A DNA stretch of 27,938 bases from positions 1 through 27,938 of IMG/VR virus record IMGVR_UViG_3300031628_000029. One strand, given 5' to 3'. Below are positions 17,132-25,100 of the stretch, one piece after another. How positions within the stretch are numbered: the first letter of the stretch is position 1; each line of letters starts with the position of its first letter. The notes below the pieces were generated by a model that was not told the origin of the DNA, searched no databases, and saw only the letters and a list, made by a program, of their open reading frames with translations. Position numbers and translations under genes: made by a program. The DNA is from a virus (Duplodnaviria; Caudoviricetes).

Positions 17132-17803
17132 ATGCCTGATGAAATTATTGAAGAAGTACAAACTCCTGAAACGGATAACCCTGAAGTAGACACTCCTGAA
17201 GTGGCTGCAACAGAGGACTCTGAGACGGTTGATCCAGTGGAAGCTGTTGTTCAAGAACGCCTTGCACAAATGAAAACTAACATGGATCGTATGTCTAAAG
17301 AGCGTGATGACGCTTTGAAAGTTAAAAACCAAATGGAGGCAGACGCTAAATCAGCGAAGATTGCACAGTTGGAAAAGGATGGTAAACTACAAGAAGTAGC
17401 AGAAATGAAAATTGCTGATCTTGAAGCCAAGCTATCTATCTATCAAGCAGAAAACACGAAATTAAACCGTGATAGTGTTCTACAGAGCGCTCTAGCGGGT
17501 TTAGACTTTAAAAATGATCGTAGTCGCGAAATGGCTTATAAAGACATTGTTGAGCAACTATCTCAAAATGAAGACGGAGGGTGGAGACACAACTCTGGTA
17601 CTTCTATAGACGATTTTGTCGCTGGATACTCTAAGAGTGAAGACAACTCTTTCTTATTCCGTGTTAAGTCCAATACTGGATCTGGCGCGGCTAACAACGC
17701 AGGTGTTTCTAACATTTCTCAAAAGAAGAGTATGTCAGAAATGTCTACCTCAGAAATGATCGCAGCAGCCGAAAAAGGTCAGCTGGGTTCGTTTAACATA
17801 TAA
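17132..17803 (+). CDS. Capsid scaffolding protein
   Basis: Acidic N-terminus, coiled-coil core, FLF..GSGA low-complexity tail, directly upstream of the capsid gene. Start at 17132 (MPDE) after AAGGA at 17121, rather than 17081. Confidence 0.8.
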   Translation: MPDEIIEEVQTPETDNPEVDTPEVAATEDSETVDPVEAVVQERLAQMKTNMDRMSKERDDALKVKNQMEADAKSAKIAQLEKDGKLQEVAEMKIADLEAKLSIYQAENTKLNRDSVLQSALAGLDFKNDRSREMAYKDIVEQLSQNEDGGWRHNSGTSIDDFVAGYSKSEDNSFLFRVKSNTGSGAANNAGVSNISQKKSMSEMSTSEMIAAAEKGQLGSFNI

Positions 17804-17826
17804 TAGTTCTATAAAGGAATACACTA

Positions 17827-18945
17827 ATGGCTATTACAAATACTGCTTTTCAGAATGTGGCTCTTGCTATCTCCGCTTACAGCGACGAAGCTTACACATT
17901 TGAACAGAAACTTAACTCAACAGGTATTGTAGGCAATCGCGCCGACATTACTGCTGATGGCGAAAGCTTTATTGGTCAGTTTCGTTACTACAAGCCACTC
18001 GCAGCAACCGTAAACGTTGCTTCGCTTGCAAGTGCTACTGACGGTACGTACACCAACGTCACAACTGACATTGCTGACTATGTTAAAACTGTTCGTACCT
18101 TTGGTGCGCAGCAAGTAAACATGCAAGAAGTTGTATCAAAGCAAGACGGTCTTGCAAAGATCGCCCGTGACTTTGCTGAAGTTCGCGCACAAGATGAGCA
18201 TAACGCTCTGTTGTCTGTCCTCAAAGGTGTCGCTCTTAGCGAAGTTACTTTGGGTGACAAAGGTGGTTCGGGTGCTGGTGGTTATATTGCCTTTGACACA
18301 GATGGTGATACTGCTTCAACTGGTCACTTTGTTGACGTTAACGCGCTGGGCCTCTATGGTGCTGCTGCAACTGGTGCTGGCGATCAGCGTAAGTTGTTTG
18401 ACTCCTCGGCTGCTGGTGCTGCCCGTGGTGAGCGTCTCTTCCGCGCAATTGGCGCTGGCATGAAAGACCGTGAAGCTGACTTCATGTACCTCGTAACTTC
18501 ACCAGAGCAAATGGCTGAAATGCGTGCTGCTAACCTAATCGACGAAACCACTATTACAGATGGTAACCTGAATTTTAGCACTATCTTTGGTGGTAAATTC
18601 CGTTTGATTATGACGCGTGCAAATCAGATGATTGCTGGTGCAGCTTCTAACGACTTGAACGCCCGTTCTACTAAGTGTTCTTTTGTCATTAACCCTGCAG
18701 CCGTGACTGCGGCTCCTGTAAGTGTTCCAACCCCTGTAGAAGTAGACCGTGATGCGGCTTCTTATACTGGTGGTGGTTCTACTAACATCTGGTATCGCTA
18801 TGGCTTTATCATGCATCCAAATGGTTATGACTGGAATGGCGCAACTAACGCGTTTGCAACCAACGCAACTCTTGGTGCTGCTGCGTCTTACACCCGTAAG
18901 GCCGCTGCGTTGAACTTGGACATTCTGCCCATTTTCCACTCTTAA
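17827..18945 (+). CDS. Major capsid protein
   Basis: 372 aa after the scaffold, AAGGA RBS, codon usage typical of a highly expressed gene (GCT/CGT/GGT); C-terminal PVEVDR...GGG....YR..MHP.GY.W pattern seen in HK97-fold coat proteins. Confidence 0.85.
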   Translation: MAITNTAFQNVALAISAYSDEAYTFEQKLNSTGIVGNRADITADGESFIGQFRYYKPLAATVNVASLASATDGTYTNVTTDIADYVKTVRTFGAQQVNMQEVVSKQDGLAKIARDFAEVRAQDEHNALLSVLKGVALSEVTLGDKGGSGAGGYIAFDTDGDTASTGHFVDVNALGLYGAAATGAGDQRKLFDSSAAGAARGERLFRAIGAGMKDREADFMYLVTSPEQMAEMRAANLIDETTITDGNLNFSTIFGGKFRLIMTRANQMIAGAASNDLNARSTKCSFVINPAAVTAAPVSVPTPVEVDRDAASYTGGGSTNIWYRYGFIMHPNGYDWNGATNAFATNATLGAAASYTRKAAALNLDILPIFHS

Positions 18946-18965
18946 GTTATTGAAAGGAGGAACTA

Positions 18966-19472
18966 ATGCCCTTAACCGTAAACACAAACAGCTACGTAAC
19001 AGAGACAGAAGCAGATACTTATTTTGAGACCCGTATTGACAGTGCCAACTGGACAGCTGCTAGTACTGAACTCAGAGAATCTGCGCTTGTAACAGCAACT
19101 CTGTTAGTGGATGATCATGCTTGGATCGGTGCGGCTGTTAGTTCCTCTCAAGCTTTGGCCTGGCCTCGTAATAATGCTATTTATAATGACACTAGGTTAG
19201 GATTTAATGTTACTATTGGTAACACCATAATCCCTAGCCAAGTCAAAGAAGCAGTGTACGAGCAAGCTTTACATTTAATTGATAATGAGGATATTCTTCA
19301 AGGAAAAACTCAAACATTTGAATCTATTTCGGTTGGTCCTATTTCTATTTCTGACTCTGACTCTACTTCAACTATCCCTATGAAGTCTTCTTTAGTTCTA
19401 AAGAAAATTAGACCCTTATTAAACAAAGCGTATGCCTCTGGCACTGGCGCAAGTTGGTGGAGGGCAAACTAA
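18966..19472 (+). CDS. Head-tail adaptor protein
   Basis: NSYVTETEADTYF, QALAWPR, IPSQVKEAVYEQAL, SVGPISIS pattern; strong AGGAGG RBS; first gene after the capsid gene. Confidence 0.75.
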   Translation: MPLTVNTNSYVTETEADTYFETRIDSANWTAASTELRESALVTATLLVDDHAWIGAAVSSSQALAWPRNNAIYNDTRLGFNVTIGNTIIPSQVKEAVYEQALHLIDNEDILQGKTQTFESISVGPISISDSDSTSTIPMKSSLVLKKIRPLLNKAYASGTGASWWRAN

Positions 19473-19810
19473 TGAGTATGAAGTCTACAGTTACTAAAGC
19501 CGTAGATAAAGCCTTTTCTGCTGTAGGAGACTTAGCAGTTACGGCAACCCTTAGTAATAAGTCTGTAACTAGCTACAGTTTTTCTACTGGGCAAGTTGCC
19601 TCTAGCGTTTTGACCGTTCCAACAAAAGTAATTATAACTACTACTTCTAGCTCTAGCAGAGGAAGTTCTAAATTACTTGGGATTATAAAGTCTGGGGTTT
19701 CTGTAGACGTATATGATACCTTAACTGTTGGCAAGGTTTCTTATAACATAGAAAGCCATGTTGACAACGGTTATACAATAGAACTACAGTTAGTAAAGGA
19801 GGCAGTATGA
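19472..19810 (+). CDS. Head closure / neck protein
   Basis: Small beta-rich protein in the neck cluster; start at the TAATG overlap (19472). Confidence 0.55.
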   Translation: MSMKSTVTKAVDKAFSAVGDLAVTATLSNKSVTSYSFSTGQVASSVLTVPTKVIITTTSSSSRGSSKLLGIIKSGVSVDVYDTLTVGKVSYNIESHVDNGYTIELQLVKEAV

Positions 19811-20208
19811 CTTTTACAAGTTTAAAAGCTGCTATTGAGTTAGTTTTTAGTGGTTCTTCTTGGACTACTAATAATATTTCTATATACCCTGATAACTATC
19901 AAGGTACAATTTCTAACCAAAATGAATTCTGTAGGCTAAACATTTTACCTGCCTCCTCTGGAAGTAACTATGGAGGTAGCAAAAATTTTTCAGGCTCAAT
20001 GATTGTATCAATTTATGTAAAAGCAGGGGAAGGTCAATCTAGAATGATGGCAATTGCTGATATTTTAGATGTTCTCTTTGCTAACAAAAAGCTAAATAAC
20101 GGCCCAGAACTTGGTTCTTCTTATCTTCAGATAGGTGGAATTGATTCTGCTAATTCTGCGCTTTACACAGCGCAATACGTAATACCATTTAAAACATATG
20201 GAGAATAA
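19807..20208 (+). CDS. Tail terminator / completion protein
   Basis: 133 aa, G.MIVSIYV..G.G....IAD.L..LF pattern, C-terminal IPF; immediately before the tail tube gene. Confidence 0.65.
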   Translation: MTFTSLKAAIELVFSGSSWTTNNISIYPDNYQGTISNQNEFCRLNILPASSGSNYGGSKNFSGSMIVSIYVKAGEGQSRMMAIADILDVLFANKKLNNGPELGSSYLQIGGIDSANSALYTAQYVIPFKTYGE

Positions 20209-20212
20209 CTAA

Positions 20213-20773
20213 ATGGCACATATTTCCGATCTACGCGCAGGTATTTTTACCTACCTCGACATGTACACTGCTGCCTCTGGCTTAGCTGCTGCTGACACAG
20301 ACGCAGAGTTTAAGGCTCTTTTTGTAGGTTCTACACCTGGAACCGCAACCTCTGCTGACGGAGCAGTTGCTGGAGTTGACACTCAACTGTCATTTCCTTC
20401 AGTCCGTGAGTTCCCTTCAATCGGTACTCCTGCGAACATTGTTAACGTCCCTGTTTACGGTCAAAAGACCACTTCACAGGTTCAAGGTCAGTCCGATGCA
20501 CCTAGTCTTGAAGTTACTGTTAACTACAATGCTACTGATATGGCAGACCTTCACGCTCTTGTTGGCACCCAAATTGCCTTCCGCTTTATGATGGCGGCTG
20601 CAGCTTGTACCCTTGACGAGCGTGTTAACACAGCGTTTGCAACTGCAAACACTTCCTTCTTCTTTAAAGGTAAGATTGAAGCGATTCTAGTAAACGCAAG
20701 CTTGACAGACGCTACTACAGCAACTATTACTTTGTCGGCTCAGACAGACTTTATTGGTCCGTCCACTAAGTAA
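20213..20773 (+). CDS. Major tail (tube) protein
   Basis: 186 aa, GGAG RBS, VREFPSIGTPANIVNVPVYG..QVQGQSDAPSLEVTVNY tube-like motif; followed by a hairpin. Confidence 0.8.
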   Translation: MAHISDLRAGIFTYLDMYTAASGLAAADTDAEFKALFVGSTPGTATSADGAVAGVDTQLSFPSVREFPSIGTPANIVNVPVYGQKTTSQVQGQSDAPSLEVTVNYNATDMADLHALVGTQIAFRFMMAAAACTLDERVNTAFATANTSFFFKGKIEAILVNASLTDATTATITLSAQTDFIGPSTK

Positions 20774-20781
20774 AATAACAA

Positions 20782-20808
20782 GGGGTTCTTCTTTCTTAGG
20801 GGAACCCC
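20782..20808 (+). terminator. Stem-loop after the tail tube gene (possible weak terminator or processing site)
   Basis: GGGGTTCTTCT-ttctt-AGGGGAACCCC forms an 11-bp stem; the downstream U-tract is poor (ACTATTCT). Confidence 0.5.
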
Positions 20809-20818
20809 ACTATTCTAG

Positions 20819-20846
20819 AAATAGAGATCGCTAATGATAGGTCTCC
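20819..20846 (+). promoter_or_regulatory. Conserved intergenic motif copy 2, candidate phage promoter
   Basis: Exact 28-bp match to 1386-1413, with AGAAA at the same downstream offset; lies just after a hairpin and 18 nt before an ATG. Confidence 0.65.
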
Positions 20847-20864
20847 TGAGAAAGTATTTAATGT

Positions 20865-21095
20865 ATGGAAAAACCATTTAGTAAAAGTTTTGTTATGAGG
20901 ACTACCTTCAGGCATATGAGGCGTAGTGTAGATATTAGTATTCGTAAGAGTTTTGAAAGGTTTCAAGACTTTGAAAATAATTCTGATACAGGAAAAGAAA
21001 TTATGGAGACTCTGTCTGTTCTTCATACAGTAAGAAAAATGATGGATGATTTTCAAGAAGAAAATAGCCAGCTATTCACTGATAAAGTAAATTAG
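20865..21095 (+). CDS. Hypothetical 76-aa helical protein
   Basis: Fills the gap between the tail tube and chaperone genes on the coding strand; basic N-half and acidic C-half. Confidence 0.65.
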   Translation: MEKPFSKSFVMRTTFRHMRRSVDISIRKSFERFQDFENNSDTGKEIMETLSVLHTVRKMMDDFQEENSQLFTDKVN

Positions 21096-21103
21096 GAAAA
21101 ATA

Positions 21104-21433
21104 ATGAAAAAGTTTGTAAATAAAGAAATCACAGAGTCAGTCCCGTTTATGGGAGAAGAAGTTGATGTACGTCAGTTAAGTATTAGTTCTGTTTTTAAGA
21201 TTCAAGACCTTGTAAAAAAGGCAGACAAATCTAAAGCAGAATCTGCTCAAATTAACCTGATGAAAGACGTCCTTCGAATGGCAGTAGTTGGTGCTGAAGA
21301 CATGACTAACGAAGATTTTGATAGCTTACCGCTAGGAGAGCTTACTATGTTATCTACAAAAGTCCTGAGTATATCGGGGCTAGGTGATAATCCAGAGGCT
21401 CAAGCGGTGGGAAACTCACCACAGAAGAATTAA
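21104..21433 (+). CDS. Tail assembly chaperone (gpG-like)
   Basis: 109 aa, AGGA RBS, ends with the slippery heptamer G GGA AAC at 21409-21415. Confidence 0.8.
   Translation: MKKFVNKEITESVPFMGEEVDVRQLSISSVFKIQDLVKKADKSKAESAQINLMKDVLRMAVVGAEDMTNEDFDSLPLGELTMLSTKVLSISGLGDNPEAQAVGNSPQKN
21409..21415 (+). other. Programmed -1 ribosomal frameshift site GGGAAAC
   Basis: In-frame X XXY YYZ heptamer; the -1 frame is open from here (LTTEELNLYEIAYFLSTPVHK) into the 21478-21750 ORF. Confidence 0.8.
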
Positions 21434-21750
21434 ACCTTTATGAAATAGCTTACTTTCTTAGTACTCCTGTTCATAAAATGCTAACCGATATGCCTCATTC
21501 TGAGTATATAAAATGGCTAAGTTACTTTAAACAAAGACCGATAGGTTGGCGAGAGGATCAAAGAGCTTACTTAAATTTAGCGGCACAGGGAGTTAAGGAA
21601 CCTCAAGAAAAGATTTTCCCAACTCTAAAAGCTTTAGCAGAAAATATTCCTGTAGAAATGAAAGCCTTACCAAAAGGCAAATTTTTAGAGAAAATGTTAA
21701 CCGCTAAAGGAGGAGATATGGAGGGTTGGAAACCACCTTGGCAACAGTAA
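21415..21750 (+). CDS. Tail assembly chaperone frameshift extension (gpT part of gpGT)
   Basis: -1 frame continuation with a gpT-like IA..L.......MP.SE...W..YF pattern. Confidence 0.75.
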   Translation, partial: LTTEELNLYEIAYFLSTPVHKMLTDMPHSEYIKWLSYFKQRPIGWREDQRAYLNLAAQGVKEPQEKIFPTLKALAENIPVEMKALPKGKFLEKMLTAKGGDMEGWKPPWQQ

Positions 21751-22067
21751 GCTTAAAAGTAGTTAATTTTAAAGAAACTATGAAAGACATAGAACAGGAA
21801 ATCTTAGAAAAAGGCACACTGGGTCTTCACGAAAAGATTGATTTTGCTACAGAAGCTCTGCAAAGAGTTACTCCTGTAGACACAGGAAACGCCCGTGAGG
21901 GTTGGATAAACAAGAAAGACAGGTCAGTTCTTAGTAAAGACCCCAAGGGCGGTACTATAGAAAACCCTGTCGAATACGTACCTGAGTTAAACAAAGGACA
22001 CAGTAAACAAGCACCAAAGTTTTTTATCGAACAAGTGCTAATTACTGTTGGCTTACTAGAACCCTAA
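21726..22067 (+). CDS. HK97 gp10-like neck/tail protein
   Basis: TPVDTGNAREGW, IENPVEYVPELNKGHSKQAP motifs; the real start may be the TTG at 21738. Confidence 0.75.
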   Translation: METTLATVSLKVVNFKETMKDIEQEILEKGTLGLHEKIDFATEALQRVTPVDTGNAREGWINKKDRSVLSKDPKGGTIENPVEYVPELNKGHSKQAPKFFIEQVLITVGLLEP

Positions 22068-22075
22068 GTAAGCTT

Positions 22076-22126
22076 GCCCCTGATGGCTTCTCTATATCGA
22101 GAATACCGTTAGGGGCTATTTTATTT
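22076..22126 (+). terminator. Long hairpin plus U-rich tract before the tape measure gene
   Basis: GCCCCTGATGG / CCGTTAGGGGC stem with inner TTCTC/GAGAA stem, followed by TATTTTATTT. Confidence 0.6.
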
Positions 22127-22142
22127 AAAGGAGATACACCAT

Positions 22143-25100
22143 ATGACACAAGGTGTTAAGATTAAAGTAACTGCTGATAGTAGTCAGGCACGTAGCGATT
22201 TTGCTAATCTATCTAAATCTGTAAAAAATATTGAACAACGCGGCGAAGCAATGTCTAAGATCTTTAGGGGTCTTGCTATTGGCGCAGGGTTTATGGCAAG
22301 TTTTACTGTTCTAACGAAGGCAATAAGTCGTTCTTCTGACGCTGTTATTAAACTAGAAAATAGTTTAAAGGTAGTAATGCCAGCAGGACAAAATCTTAAA
22401 GGAATGATGCAAGAGCTAAGGGTTGTCTCTGAACAAACAAGAGCGCCTATAGCTAACGTAGCTTTGACCTTTAACCGCCTAGCTATGGCAATGCAAAATA
22501 AAGTTTTAACAAAAGATATTGTTAAGGTTACCAAGAATATTCAAATGGCAGCAGCAATTTCTGGTGCAACTGCTGAAGAAGCTAATAGAGCTATTCGACA
22601 GTTAGGTCAAGGTCTTCAGGGTGGAGTTCTCAGAGCCGAAGAGTACAACTCTATTATCGACGGTATGCCACGCTTAGCTAAGGCCATAGCTGATGGCATG
22701 GGTGTTCCCTTAGACGGTCTTAGGGAGGCTATGCTTGCAGGTCAACTTACCTCTAAAGTTATGTTTAAAGCTATACGAGGTGAGACTGAAAAGTTAAAAG
22801 AAGAGTTTATGCAAACTAAGGCTACCATTGACCAAATTACGGCTTTAATGGGAGACGAGTTTAATAGGGCTTTAGAAGCTATTGGTGATGTAACAGGCAT
22901 AACTAAATTTATTAGACAAGACTTGATGGGACTTAGAACAGTTTTTAAGTTTGTAGCGGATAACGCGAGATTTTTTGCTGCGTCAGCTCAGTTAGAGTTT
23001 TTGTTATTTATTAGTGAAACTAAAACTTTTTTTCGCAAGTGGCAAGAAGCCATTGGTGGTTACTTTTCAAAACTTTTTGGACCAATGCTCGACAAATTGC
23101 AACCAATAACTACTTGGGTTGAGAATACTTTTGAGAAAACTAAAGCGCTAACTACGCAGCTTTTATTGTTTATTAGTCCTATTCAAAAGACTATTAAAGA
23201 TATCTTTACATTCTCTGAAAAGTTTTTATCAGCTATTGCAGCAGCTAATTTTGATAAGCTATCGAATTTAAAACTGCCTGAGCTAACGTTCTTTGACAAA
23301 AACGGTGAAGGGTTTGAAATACCAAATCTAGAGGATTTACTACTGCCTCAGTTTAACTTACAGTTTTTAAACGATTATATTTCAAGGTTTAAGCTTGATC
23401 AAATAGACTTTACTGACCTTACAATAACCTTACCTGACTTTTCTGCAGCGTTAGCTACTTTCATGCCTGATAGTAGTCTTAGTACAGTTTCAGAAAGAAT
23501 TAAAAACTTTCTTGGCATTGGTGAGCAAGGAGGGGGCATTCTTGGTTTCTTTAACAAGTTGTATAAAGATACTTTTTTAAGCTCTCCGTGGCCCGACATG
23601 TGGAATGATAAGGGGGTTAATAACCCAGTTTATTTTAATCCAAGTAGCAAGATTGTTGTTAAGATTAAAGCTTGGGCAGGAAGTATTCAAAGTTTGTTTA
23701 CAAACCTTTTCAATACAGCTGGTACAGGTTGGTCAGAATTTTCTGATGACCTTCTTAACTTAGACCTTCCTGACGAGTTAACTACGGGTTCAACTACAAC
23801 TCTGCGCACTCCTTTAGGAAGCCTATTTGATAATATTGCAAAAGCTTGGGAAAAAGGAAGAGTTGAGCTAGAGGCTCAAATTAGAGCTTTTGACCTAGCA
23901 GCAGTAATTGGAGCGGTTAAAAATAAAACTGAAATAGCCTTACAAAGTCTTATAGATCTTTTTGCTATAAGACTTCCAGTAGAAGTCCCCCAAGGGATTG
24001 ATGCGGGGCTAGACTCCTCAGAAAAAATCTTGAAAAGAACTTCTCTTGGAAACCTTTTCGCAAACATTGCACGATCTTGGGGGTTAGATCAAACAACTGC
24101 TATACGGGCTACCGAAACTTGGGGTGGTGTTCTAGCTTTATCAATAAACTCAACCAAACTTGCTTTAACTCAAAGCCTTGACTCTCTTAAAAATCTATTT
24201 AAAACAGAAATAAAACTACCTCCAGGTCTTGACGCAGGAGTAGATTCTGGAGTTTATATTACTCCTCTTGGCCAAGTTTTAAATAGTTTAAAAGAAGAGT
24301 ATCAAAGCTTTTTACATTCTATTTTGACAAACGATGTAGGCGTTGCTGGAGGTGGTTTTGTTGTTGTTGACTCCCCTATTGGAATTGCAGTTAAAGAGAC
24401 TAAAAGGTTTCTTAAAGAACAAATTATTGAAGCCCAAAAATTAAAAGACCAATTTTTAAATCTTGCTTTCTATAAACAAGAACCTGTAGATTTTCTTGGC
24501 GATCCGGGAATGGCTACTACAAAGAGTTCCTCTGATCTTAATGATTTTGCTACAGAAGTTTCTAATACTTACGACAGAGCTTCAGACTCTCTTAATAGAT
24601 TTAGAGATTCTCTAATTAACGTTTTTACTGTAACTAAACAAGTTGGATTTCAAGGTCGAGAAACAGAAACAAGCCTTGCAAATTTTAGTGAAATAAAAGA
24701 AAATATTGAAGAGATTTTTATTGATATTAAAATAAGTGAAAACGCTGTAAAAGTTATAGAAAATTTAAAAGAACTTGGCGTAGATAGAAAAGCAAGTTTT
24801 CAAATTCTTTTTGAAGATGTAACTCAAGCAGGAGCAGACTTTGTTGATGCTGCCTTTAAAGCTATAACTTCTTTTGATGTAGAAGAGTTGCAAGGCGCAG
24901 GATTTTTAGCTTCTGCTTTTATTGCTGCTTTTGGCGTAAAAAACGCTGTTACTTTTCCAATAAAAATAGCATTAATTCCTGCAGCGCTTTCTAGCGAAGG
25001 TGCTCAAGAAATTGCAGGAAGTACAGCCGAGGGGGTGGGTAAACTTTTAAGGGCTATGATACTTCCCATGTCAGACGGGGAAGCAGACCAAGATTACGTT

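Noticed and set aside
10828-18945. Prohead protease or terminase in the head cluster
   Set aside because: No protease motifs or terminase Walker A/nuclease motifs in any ORF here; PhoH is the only P-loop protein I recognise and is clearly not TerL.
1386-20846. 28-bp repeat read as CRISPR repeats, att sites or terminal repeats
   Set aside because: The copies are 9-10 kb apart with no spacer array, no integrase is present, and they sit at operon heads with essential genes between them, so a regulatory role fits better.
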